Assembly (NCBI GenBank): GCA_973851085.1 | Contig: OZ316776.1 | Location: 4,526,001-4,590,000, forward strand | Source of the DNA: Ptychomitrium polyphyllum | Taxonomy: Eukaryota | DNA length: 64,000 nucleotides | Direction: 5' to 3' | Shown: positions 1-12,643 of the stretch, piece by piece | Numbering within the stretch: position 1 is the first letter of the stretch | Layout of the letters: the number at the start of each line of letters is the position of its first letter | Program-made: the position numbers and the translations under genes | The notes under the pieces: model-generated | Told to the model about the DNA's origin: nothing | Seen by the model: the letters and a program-made list of their open reading frames with translations, nothing else | Databases searched by the model: none

Positions 1-187
1 CTAATGTGCGCAAGACGATTTTTCCAAACCTGATACGAACATCCAATCAAGCTCTAAAACGTGCAAATCAAGATACACCAGGTCATCATGTAACAAAGGT
101 TGACAAATGAACCTAAAGTTTTTATTTTTAAAAGAAAAACATCGGTCATTTCAGCCTCCAATATTAAATGAGGAGAAGGCAGCTGAC

Positions 188-837
188 CTGCAGTTAAACT
201 CATAAAGACTCGAAGCTGGGTCCCTTGATTGCATATGTAAACACATACTATTGCTGGATTGAGTGTCCATACATGAAGCGCAGACAGGATTCCCATCCAC
301 AGCGACCTCCAAATCCACGGCTGTGCCATCAGATGCAGGGATGGGTCGGGTTGTAGACAACGATTCGGAATAGGCTGAATCAAGGTTTCCTGTGAGAATC
401 CTGGAAGCTGAGCTTGGAGCATTGTTGAAACTGTGGCCTGGCTCAGATGGACTCAATGTCTGACTTGGTGGAGAATCCACAGCAAGAATCCCCCGGTCAG
501 TATAGTCCTGCTCAACACGAAGCATGAAGCAAAAGTTGCAAACCCGGACTCTCTCATTCTCGTCGTGGCCACTGCGAGGGCTACCGTGACTAAAAGAGGC
601 AGGGATAGTATTCAGAGTACATTTTCCACAAAAAACGCGGCCGCATATCCTACAGTGATGACGTCTGTTAAAGATTGTAAACTGAGAGTCGCATTCGTAG
701 CACATGCGACAGCTCCGGTCGGGCATCCAAAAATCTCGAGACATGACTGTGGCATCATCCTCCCTGCTGCCAAGGCGAGGAATCCAAGCGCTCACCCGTT
801 CTACAATCTCGCTCAACGCAATGGCTGCTTCTTCCAT
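188..837 (-). CDS. FAB1: FAB1/PIKfyve-type phosphatidylinositol-3-phosphate 5-kinase, first coding exon (FYVE domain); gene continues beyond the left edge
   Basis: SRDFWMPDRSCRMCYECDSQFTIFNRRHHCRICGRVFCGKC...RVRVCNFC is the N-terminal FYVE finger of plant FAB1A/B proteins. ATG at 837; donor CAG|GTCAG after 188 (..YEFNCR). Confidence 0.93.
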
Positions 838-3800
838 CAGCCATGCCAGCAGGCCCGCATTCTTTGATTACGCTTATGCAAAGGCATAATCCACAAACCC
901 TAAAACCTCAAAAACTTGTAAACTGCAGGCACTGTCTTGCAGTTTCTTGAACTGGATTTACACCACGGATACCTTGATTTCTCCGATCCCTTCCAACCAC
1001 AACAAAATGCGTCACTCGGCCAAAACCTCTTGCCCAGATCAACGATCCAACAAAATCGGAATCACAATCCTTGAATAAGCACTACATTTTCCATATGCTT
1101 CCTGCTTGCCCGCACCACCACCGTTTTCCACCTAAAACTCAACCCAAATTGTAAACCACTTCACGAACAGTGAACAGTCTTTCACGAACGCCGCTCCTGC
1201 AATTCACGTACGAAGAATAGCTGCTCCCGGGAGCTGTCGCACATTGGAGACCGCTTGCACTCATATGTTTCGAGAGACAATACGACCACGCCACCAAAGT
1301 CTAGGTCAATACGAATACCTCTGCACAATCCTCAGCAAATGCTGGTGCGAAATCCTTGATCGTTGAAAAGTGCTCCGTGACAAAAAAGACGGAGAAATTT
1401 CTGGCAATGACGCACCACACAAGCTCAATCAGTAGAATACTCATTAGAACTGGCTCTGCCTCCATTTTCAATGAATCTCGAAGGTGAAACACATCACCGT
1501 GAACTCAAAGCTGCTCCTACGACCAAAGACCTAGAGACAGTGTCTCTCTCCTGCAACACCGCCTTTCTACCTGCAACGTATCATACCAATTCAAAGAAAT
1601 GCAAAGGCACTGTCTCACTATCTCGAAACTGAGATATTCTCAAAGCTCTCAATAGACAGAAAAAACATCCTCCAAATAGTGCAACTACTCCAAAACAATC
1701 GACCTCCACGACAGCCGAGAAGATCAGAGTTTGCGACATTGCATCCAAAACCTGAATCGCGTACCTACCTAGAATGCAATCCTCCAGAAACAAAAGCCTC
1801 CCGGGCATCATAACCTCCAAATCCGAACACTCTGCCAGAACCTACACGAAACAAGCGCCTCCGACGCGAATCGCCGATCAATCGCAACATCCGCCAACAA
1901 TATCCTCCAAAGGTGCCGCCAACGCGAGAGAGGAGGACACGTTCTGTGGAGCGAATACTAAACTGAAGCTCCCGAAAGAGATATCATTCGATGCGGAATT
2001 GAGCAAGGTAGCGCGACGAGGAACCCTCGCGCAGGAAGGAGGCAAGCTCGGGCTCCGAAACCCGAGCAAATGAGATTCACGCACAGAGCAACAAACGCGA
2101 AACGGCGTAAATGCCACAACCTGCTCTTAGTTGGCAGCCTCACCACTCCACCTTCGCTGGGAATGACGCAGTTCCCTAAGTGTTCTCTTCGTTCCTATCC
2201 CAGTTCATTGTGGGCCCCACTCGAGCTCGTGTTCCTTCCAGAGTTCCCCTGCGGTTCTCGATTGTTCGCCTGGTTCGCAACGGAGGATTTAGTTGGATGT
2301 CGTCGTTCTCCGTGGGCTCTGAGGTGAATTCGGCACTGTATTGATGGACGCTTTCTTGGCAGCATTTCCCACATGTTCTCCTTGTTCGCAGCGGAGATCG
2401 CTGTTGGTCCTATTGGTTCTCAGTGGTTCGCATTCGTTCCCACCAGTTCGTACTGGTTCCCGTTGGTTCGCATTGTTGAAAGTTAACAGAAGGTAGGTAC
2501 CACAAAGCTTACACTTCACTCAGCGATGCATGCACATATAGATAAGAAATATAAGAAACACGTAATTTTTCATCCAATGAAGTTATTTTTTCTTAAATTC
2601 TACAAGAGTTATACAAGTGAAAAAGATATAACTACTCTTGTGAGCCTTTCTTATAAATTTTTATAAAGATCCTCTTTAATAAAGAATCTTCAAAATACAA
2701 TATATGTGGTATTTTTATTAATGAAATACATACAGTCTTCTTGATATCTATTATCATTAATTAGATATTATCATTAAAAAAGGTGTTTGTATATCAATCA
2801 TATACAAATGAACTATATCTATACATTCAACAAACATTGGTTTTTAATTTTCATTAATTTAAGTTGATTCTTATTGGTTTTTATTTGTTGACATTAATTC
2901 ATTAGGATTCTTATTGGTTAAAGGATTAATTTTCTCTGTGATAATTATGCGTATAATAGACATCTACATCAATATGTTAACATCATTTGCTTTAGGTGAA
3001 AGTGTTGTTTTTTTTAGTATTCTTCAAAGAATCATTTCATGCTATTTATCTAAGCTTTAATGAATTCTTTTTTCAAGCCAATTTAAATAGTATATGAAGG
3101 CTTTTATATTAATTTGAACTTTGCCAATCACTTGTTCTAATCTTGCCAATGGCTACCATAACTTGCTTCATTTCTGATTAATTCTTCAAACCTCAATTCA
3201 AAAGTTGATTTTCAATAAAAAAACTAAAAAATACAAGAATTAGAATAAGACACCATTATATCAAATTTATGTTCAATCCACTTTACATGTCCTCTTTCTA
3301 TTTGAATGCCAAATTTTGACTATATCAATTTAGACATCCATTCCAAATCTCATTTTATCATGTCATCTTCTTATAGCAACTTCAAATAGATTGTCAAAAA
3401 TAACTTTAAAGTATAATTATTTTCTTATGAATAGACTTGTCATCTAAAATTAAACGAGACAAATCAATCTTTTTATTTGTTTGGTCTAAAAGAAATAAAA
3501 CTTTGGCTATATTCATTTGTATAAACAATTCAAAAATCAACTCCAAGTTCATTTTAAAAGGTTTAATGATAGATAGACGTTGATTCTTCAAATTTATTCT
3601 ACATAAATTCTCAAGAGTTATATTATAAGAAACATTTAATTTCAATTCTCTCAAAGTCAATTTAAAAGTACAAACTGCATATATTCTACTAACATATACT
3701 CACATTTTATTTTACATAAATATATGAAATACGTTTTATTCCAGTGGATTAAACCCACATCCAAGCAAATTTGGAGCCAACTGGTATGAGGATGTACTAA

Positions 3801-4735
3801 TACAAATTGGTGAACACCAGTCAATGTACAAAGGTTCATGAAAATGTAACTGCCATATTAGTAAGCTTGCAATGATTGCAAGCAAATGCCCAGACACGTC
3901 AGAAGATTGACCTGCAACTTCGTTTTTACGGAATGCGTCATCGAGATACACAGAAGTTGTGTTCCGAGATTGGTACATACTGTAGTTGATTAAAGGTTAT
4001 AATCGTGCACATGACTGGCATGTACAGCATTGCAGTCCAACGTCGTCAAGACGATTTTTGAAAATCACAAATAGAAAACTTTCGTGAAATCTTGTTCTAA
4101 TATAAATCATAGTCCCAGCAACCATTGTGGTTACTAGTTCAAATGCTACAGTGACATAAACACAAAACGCACTACTCTATGGAATTCTGCACTGTGGAAA
4201 CATGTCCCAATTCTAGTCTCTCGATGGTCGATGGAACCTCTTCCTGAGTCGGCTTGAGTTTACTTTCTTTTGTTCATACAATATGGATAAGTTCAATAAA
4301 TCCATTTGGAAACGCACCTGACTTCGGTGAACTGTTTCGAAGGTGTGAAGCAGTCTCATCCTCCGGTGGAATATAATCAGTATCTTTGAAGTGTCAAAAT
4401 TAACTTTTTCCGTTTCGACTCGAAAGGTGGAGAGCCCACGTATGCGTTGGTTAAGTTTCGGTTGTAAGTCGGATCAAATTCTCAAACCGCGGAACACGAG
4501 ATAGGGATTAAGAAGATCAAGTCCAATCCACAGCAGGTTTGGTCGGTCTGAATTCTCCTAGCCAGTAATGAAATCACGAGCTGAAATATAAGTCCACTGA
4601 GAGCACAAAAGGGGATCCAGATCCAAATTTCACGACTATCCGCGGTTGCCAACCTCGAGATATTGATTGCAGGCTGCATGATTGAATCATCCTACAGGAG
4701 CTCGAGTTCCCGAGAGAAGCTTGAAACCTGTTGCC

Positions 4736-6708
4736 TCAGATGTGCAGAGTCACCGAGCGATCAGCATAGTTAACAGCGCCACGCTGCTCGAACTCCTGAG
4801 CAATGGTCTGCGGGTGTCTGCTGATGTCAAACTTCTCGCCATCTCCCCACAGAGCGTACGCTTCCTCGCCGTGCTCCGCATCATCGCCGACCAGCAAATG
4901 CTCCTCCGACATGCGGAGTGGCGTGATGAGCCCAATGAAGAAGAGAATTAGGGTTGTCAGCACCACGTTCCAGCCGGCGATGAATAGAGCGCCGATGAGC
5001 TGCTTCGCGAGCTGCATACCCCCGTTGCCGCCGTAGAACGCCCCGTTCGTGTTAGTGACGGCCACTTTCATGTATGTGCACAATGTGGGCTCTGCGAAGA
5101 GGCCCACGCAGATCCCGCCCAAAATGCCACCCACGCCGTGCGTGTGAATCACTCCCAACGTGTCGTCCACTTTCTGGAGCACCCACCATCTCTTGTGCAG
5201 CACCATCATCGTCCACCACGGGACGCTTCCTGCTAGAATGCCCATGACTAGGGCGGCCCATCCTGGCACCAGACCTGCGAAACACAACCATTTACTTCAT
5301 AATCACACTTCCAACATGTATAAATAAAGTCTGGACTAGCACAATCAAATCGTTAAGTTACCGCATAATGGTTCATGACTCTTACACTAGTGCGCCATTG
5401 TTGTGATCCCTTACCCGCTGCAGGTGTGATGACCACGAGACCTGTCATCATTCCTTGAACTGCACCGATGACTGAAGGCTTTCCGAAGAAGAACACGTCC
5501 ATCGTCGTCCATGTCAACAAGCTTGTCGCGGCGCAGATGTGGGTGTTAAGAACGGCTAAACCAGCGATTAAGTGAGCGCTGAACGCAGCTCCGCCGTTGA
5601 ATCCGGACCAACCCAACCACAGAAGCCCGGAGCCTGTGAGTACAAGCAGCATGTTGTTGGGGGGAAACCTTTCGCGATCCTTTGGCAGTCTCGGTCCCAC
5701 CTGCAATGCGGGCAACTCGATTGGTTAGCCACCAATTGAGGTCTTCACAATTCAAAAGTCTAACAAAAATTGACGTGTTAAAGATGCGAAGGCAGACTCA
5801 TGCGCATATAAGAATGGAAGAAGATTCAGCCCCTCATTCGCACACAACAGATAGATCTGACTATACATAGCGAGGGCCACGGCCAACAACAGCCCTCATC
5901 AGTATGCATCTGCAGGTACACCGAGCATCTGGCCACAGGTCGAGCTTCAATTTGTTTTGCAGAATGTCAATGAAAACTGGTGGAACCATCTGATTTTGAG
6001 GTAGGTGACGAGAGAGTGAGAGTAGGCAACCGTTACCCAGTACGCTGCGACAAATCCAGCAACACCGGAGGAGACGTGGATGACATAACCACCGGCGTAG
6101 TCAAGGACCCCCCATTGCCACAAGAAGCCCCCGCCCCACATAGTGAAAGCGCCCACCGTGTACGAAAAGGTGAGCCACAGTGGGACGAAGAGCATCCACG
6201 CGCGGGAGCTCATGCGGCCCAGGACCGCACCCGCCAGCATGATGATGGTGAGCGCGGCGAAGAAAAACTGGAACAGCACCATGTCTGCCATTCCGAAGTG
6301 CGCATTGATGTGATCCATTTCGACAGTCCCGTTCTTGTAGTAGTGCACGGTGGACGGCAACGTCGCGCGCGATAGCAGGAACTTGTACCCGAACGAGGAT
6401 CCCGCCTTGCCCCAGATGGGCAGGAGCTCCTCTCCAAACGACATCTGATAGCCCCACAGCACCCAGCACAGCCATGTCGCGGCGAACGCGTGCAATGCCA
6501 TGAAGGCGGAGTTCACCGCCCACTTCTTCTTCACGATGCTGCCGTACAAGATCACCAAGCCCGGCATGCTCTGAATTCCTACCAAAGTGGCGGCCGCCAA
6601 CTGCCAGGCGTTGTCGCCCTTGTTCAACCACTCAGGCGTCGCGCCGTAGCCCTCGTTGACGTACGCGGATGGAACCGACCCAGGGACAGACGGGGGTAAC
6701 GCAGCCAT
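4736..6708 (-). CDS. AMT2: Ammonium transporter, AMT2/MEP subfamily, 498 aa, 3 exons (6708-6037, 5700-5415, 5274-4736)
   Basis: Motifs [66 protein letters not shown]. Both pore histidines are present. GT-AG introns, phases 0 and 1; 1497 nt total, in frame. Confidence 0.96.
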
Positions 6709-9700
6709 CTTTAATGGACAATTACAATGACTCAAGCTTCCCTGTTCACAGAGTCACCCCATCAACAACGAACCTCAAGTGAAGCTGATGTAGTCAAATG
6801 AGAAGACACTACCAGACAGCAAGTCGTCTACAACTACTTTCTGCACAGAGACAAGAGCTCCTTACCGTTAACGTTTTGGCAACAGATTGTGCACCATTCG
6901 CAGAATCACATTACTTCTAACTTAGCAGTAATTATAGACTCATGACTTGCTCAACACGAACAGCAACCCTGTTCTAGTAGTTTGGCTACTCCTGTTCGTA
7001 GGGGTTTCTCAATAGCAGGCGTTTAAACCGAGGATGTGGCTGGGTGACATGAACTGCGTGCTTACAACAGAAACAAACTTCAGTGTACGTACCTGTGAGG
7101 TATCAGTTGCAGTCGCGCAACTCCACCTTCACAAAACGGGAGCAGGCGCCGCAACTGGAATGCATGAGGACTCGCATCAATCATCGCTGCTCCGAAAAGA
7201 AGATGTGTGCACAAAACAGCATAACACAGCTTGAAATCTTGCTCTCGAGCTCTCCCGAATGCAATGTGCAAGACAAGCGCTAGTAGGGTAAGACGCTACA
7301 ATTGAAAATGGGATGTGAAGGGAGCAGGTGGCTGTCGTTCGAGTGTCGAGGCTCTGAACATCTTCTGAAGTGCAATGGATTGCTCTCAAATAGTAGCTGA
7401 CCAGTCGGCTAGAAAATCTCCGCAATTCCTTGGTAGCAGTTGAAGAAGTTACCTCAGGGGGCTGCTACGGTAACCCCAGATTCCATGAGAATGTTACGAA
7501 TTCTCACGTTACCACAAACTATTCCTTGCACGTGTACCTTATTATTGGACCACACCTTGATCGCAGTTACCTGATTGCCATCTCATTTTCTTACACATTC
7601 TGCAAAGGATTGCCAACAAATGATACTTCGAATATGTGACAATGCAAAGCAACTTTCCTGTCTCAAAGTTTTAAGTAATTTCTCCTCACAGGAGTGCTCG
7701 AGGATAAGCCTGTGGAACGTGCATGATGATCGGAGAATTACATGAAGAATATACGGTCGACTAAACTGGTGTTTGCCTACTCTGCAGAAATATACATAAT
7801 AAAAAATTCTTAAAGAATTTTCATTTTTTGGTTGAAAGCAGGGTTCCTGAATCCATCAACGGAAGATAAAATCTGCAGAAATATCCGTACAGTATACAGC
7901 AGTGGGGTACCTCCGAAAATGAATTTCTGATAATAATCTTTCCGTCTCATCAACAACATTTATATTTAGCTGCCAGATCATGTAAGGGTGAGTGTCCAAG
8001 AAGTCTTTAACACGCATCCTACTTGTTGAAATTACTCCGTTGAAGATGGTACTATTGTCGAAAAAGGGATATGTAGTTAATGAAGGCAGTACGGAGCGAG
8101 TGTCTAAGAATGGAACAATGCACCTATTTGTGGCGTATACTTGGAACTTTCGCAACAGAGTTCAGATCCTCTATGGCAGCGTCGAGGCGCTGCATAGTTC
8201 TTAGATCTTCGATCAACGGCTGTCTGTAGCCCACCCCAGTAGCCGCATAAGCAAATCTGCGGGGACTGTCAACTTGTTTTGGCACGATGGAACGCAGTGT
8301 GCCGCTTAGATTCATCTAGCGAGGGGGCCACCCGGGCCAAGAAAAGCTTGGTAACCTCTCGTCTGCGGAAATAGGCCTGACGGTAAGCTTGAGTCATGAC
8401 AACTAGGAGTATTCTGTTGAACATGGAGTTGCTATTCTGTGACCAAAGTGCTTTGGGAGGGTAACAGTTGGCACCTCACGAAGGGCCGTGCTTGAAGTCC
8501 ATGCCAGGACGCGCAATTGCATGAGCGCGCCTGCCACGACGGAATCGTTTTGCTGGTGATAAGAACGATGCTTGCATGATAATCACCCACTTCCTTTCCT
8601 TTGAGGTAATTAAAACGGAATGATAGTCAATTGATAACAGATTATAGGTTCTGGAATATACAACTCTTAAAAATAACACTTACATAAGAATCGTCGAACC
8701 TTTTCGACGGTAGTCTCCTGGGACTCTAGTGGGCCAGAAAATGCTAAAGCATCCCGTCCGAAATCAGAACCTGATCTCTTTGTAAATATCCTAGCTCAGC
8801 TGGTTTCAAAATTGAAGTTTCAACCTGGTGAACTCTTCACCAGGAACCGAACCTCAGTTAACGAAAATGTTTCAGAATATGATGCAGTGCTCCTCTAGTC
8901 TGATGGTTACCCACCGACCTCTAAAGTGAAGGTACATCCACAGCAAGTGTGTGGGAAGTGCTCGCAATGTGAAAAATATCTGTTGGCTTAGAAGCAATGG
9001 ATATTGATACAACACTATGTATCAATGATGAGTTTGACGCTGCCGCTGCTTTGTCATAGTCATTCATCACTGCCAGAGGAGGACTCAGAATGTCTTATCT
9101 GCACAAAGATAACAAATCAACAATTCAATTGTCAGCTGATATCTCGAAGACGCACTGTAATTTCGCGTCGATCGAACGAGAATTGGAAGGAGGTCAAAAA
9201 TCGAGTCGAAGTTGTCACTTGTCACAAATGTTGTATAACTGCACGTTAGTGAGCATCTTCGGGTTCTGTCCCTTGGCTTCAGTTGAAGTTGCTATGGGGT
9301 TCTATGTTCGTATCTGCCACAATGAACTTACGTAATGTGCACTGATTACAGCCAAATACTCGTATTCCTTCTTTGTAAGATGGTTGGACCAGTTTCTTGA
9401 GCACAAAACAAGAGATTTCAATATCACGGGAGAAATCTATGCTGCTAGGTTTTAGATCTTCCTGGTATTGATATTTTGTCATCACTTCCGGTTGAGTTAT
9501 TGTGGCTTTCAACTATAGATTTTTAAAGTGGAAAACAGAAGAGGAACTGCAATGACTGTTAGTGACAATCCTTATTCGTTGGCACTATTCAGAGAGATAA
9601 TCCTCATGTTCATCTTCAATAACAAACTAAACGAGCATAGAACTCAATTTGCGGTGAAATTAGGTTGGTCGTGCCAAATCTGACTAGAGTATATTTAGTA

Positions 9701-12643
9701 TCTATCTCAATTCACATTAGGGCTCAGGGTTTATAAAGCTGCTCCAGTTTTAATAGAGCTGGAAGTTTCAACAATTTTGAGTTCAGTTGATAAATTCTTT
9801 TTAGACGGGATTTTAACTGACATAGAAGCTGGATTAGGTCTTTGTGGCGAGCTGTTATAACCCTCCTACCCAGAGACACGCGGGTAGAAATATTCCGGCA
9901 GTGATGAATTCCGTGTACTTGTTTTGATATGTTTTTACATTTCTTTGATGATATTCCATGTCTAGACGTTCGCAAATCTTGCCTTTGTGGGTGTAAAATC
10001 CGCTGCCAAGATGGGTTCTATCCTTTTATCCTTGAAAAATTGGTATATCACCTTGGCAGCAAAGAGAACAGTTACAAAGGACTTGAGAAGATCATCTCGG
10101 TGTTTGTTTGTGGTTTGTGGAGAATGATTATTACTGTGTCACTGGTCCAGCAATGCTGACGACAGTACCTAACACAGGTACCAAATTTATGTTAGACGGA
10201 GTACAATAATACTCCTTAGGAAAGCTCAATTATGCTTTTAAACTTCTCTTTGAAGTCTTATGTGTTTGTCATCCTCCAGGTCATTACAGTCCTTAACTGT
10301 CGGCACTGATTCATGAACGAACAAAGATGCTGCACAGAAATTCATCTTGATAGGCATTATGGTAAGTACCATCTTAAACTTGGAAATAGATCTATGAATT
10401 CAAGTAACAGGGTTGAATAACTGGCATGTATGTCCTAATGCAGATAGTGGAGTTTGCAAGGACCCAAGAAGACTGACCCATGCTTCAACACTTTGGAAAT
10501 CTAGTATTTGCCAACCCCGTAACTCTCTGCATGGATATGCGTTGGAGCTAATTTTACAATTTTTTTTAATTCAATCGTAGCTTCAAATAAATCTTCAAAA
10601 CACAGTTATATAATATAAGGTGATTTTATTATAATTTAAATTTGAATAGCAAATATGCTACCTATGTAGTTTATAAATACAAAATTGCACCACTTGATGT
10701 GCACCATTACTAATTGGATATAAGAATGTAATATATATTAAACTTAAAATTATTACTTTTAATTCTAAATGAATAAAAAAAAATCTTTTAGCCATGAAAT
10801 TTTAGTATATTTGGTCATGTATGGCTATAGTTTAAAGGCTAGTTAGCTTGTTTAGAGTTATACATTCAATGAAATGGAAGACTTGTGATAGGTGAATATA
10901 ATAGAGGTGAGCTAGTTGGAAATGGATGTAAGATTACATGAGAATTTTACCTACTACAATTGACTTGATGTCATTTATTTTAAACAAGGTGTTAATTTAC
11001 TTTAAGCAATTGATTGCTTACTTTTGTTTATAAAAAAATCTAAAAGAAAATTAGATGAAGAAACTTCATAGAATTTAAAAAATGATTTTTTAAATAAATC
11101 TTAGTTTTCTTCTAAAATCTCTATTCTTTGCAAAGATAATTCTTAGTAATAATTAAATTTCTGAATCAAAGATAAAATATCATTTATGAATTGCTTGAAG
11201 GTAAATTGTTAGCATAATGAGTGTAATTTAACTTAGTTTTTGAATATGCACCAATTTGTAAGGTAAATATACTATAAGTGTGCAAAAAACAAATTTTATT
11301 TTTTAAAAAGAATATGCAACACTCTAACAATTCTAATCACCATTATTCAACATATAAATACATATTTAAATTTAAATCATAAGGTGTCACAGACATAGAT
11401 TATGCAACATAATCCTTTGAACCTTCTAAAACCTTTTGGTATATTATAGTAGCTTGTCAAAATACTTTCACAATCTCCATAGCTAAACCCAAGTCCTTTG
11501 GAAATTTCCTAAAAAAATTCCACCACTTCAGGAAACTTCCTAGAAAGGTTTTATTGCCTCAAAAAACTTCTAGAGAAGGTTCCAATTCCTTGTAAGCTTT
11601 TTAAGAAGGTTCCACCATCTCATAAAACTTCTTGGGAAGGTTCTATAGACTTTTCAAATATTTTTAAGCCTTGTAGAAAGCTTCTTTAGAAGTATCCCAA
11701 GAGATACAAGCGTCATAGTATAAATAAGATGCAAAATAAGGTATTCCTTAGTCTTGCCAATACAAGTTGTGGACCATATTGTATTCTACCTTGTTTTAGT
11801 CTTTGTGTCAGTTTTTGTTAATCATTAGTTCTTTAGAAGCTAATTCTTAGAAAATACTTTTTTTTTGTTTCTTGTTTCTTGTGTCCCTGACAGTTTAGCA
11901 AGATTCCTCTTTAACTTCGTTAGAGCTAAGGTTCTTTGAAGAAAATAGTGGATTATCCATCTTCTTTAGGATCCCGTAGCATCTTAGAGGTTGCAGATTA
12001 CCCTCCTTTAAACTGACACCATAAGTTGGTTTCTTCTTTTAAAAGCAAGTATCACTTCTTTTAAAGGAAGATCAATCTTTCAAAAGATGCGGATTATCCT
12101 CTTTTGAAGATATTCATAGTCTTCTTGTCTCTAATAGTATAACATAACGGATAACATGCCTGGAACATTAGAAAATAGGTTTGTAACTATTGTAGACCTT
12201 CAAGAGTTATTAAATACAATTCAAACGGAACTTGTTTGTTTCAATACCACCAACAATTTAAAGCAGCACACTCGGAGAGCTAAAGAATTTAATGACAATA
12301 TTCAAAGTCTATATCAAGAGGTTGTTTGATTACAAAAGACTAATATTAGAAGATAAGGCTTACGTTGAAACCATGCAGAGCCAAAGATTAGTATGCCAGA
12401 GAAATTTGATGGATCAAGATCAGAGTTGAGAAGTTTTATTCAATAAGTAAGGTTCTACTTTAGTTTGCATCTATCTTGTTATCTTCATGGCACTACTCAA
12501 GTAGAATTTATAGCTACTTTCTATCAAATAATGCATTATTTTAGTTAGCAGCATTAATAAAAAAGCAGCCACCATTATTAAACAATTTAGATGTTTTAAT
12601 AGAAGCATTGACATCTATCTTTGGAGATACTAATCAAGAGCGG

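Noticed and set aside
5980..6699. Long antisense and alternate-frame ORFs over AMT2 exon 1
   Set aside because: Shadow ORFs caused by high GC at third codon positions.
8900..10500. Short ORFs upstream of AMT2
   Set aside because: No recognisable domains and no consistent exon chain.
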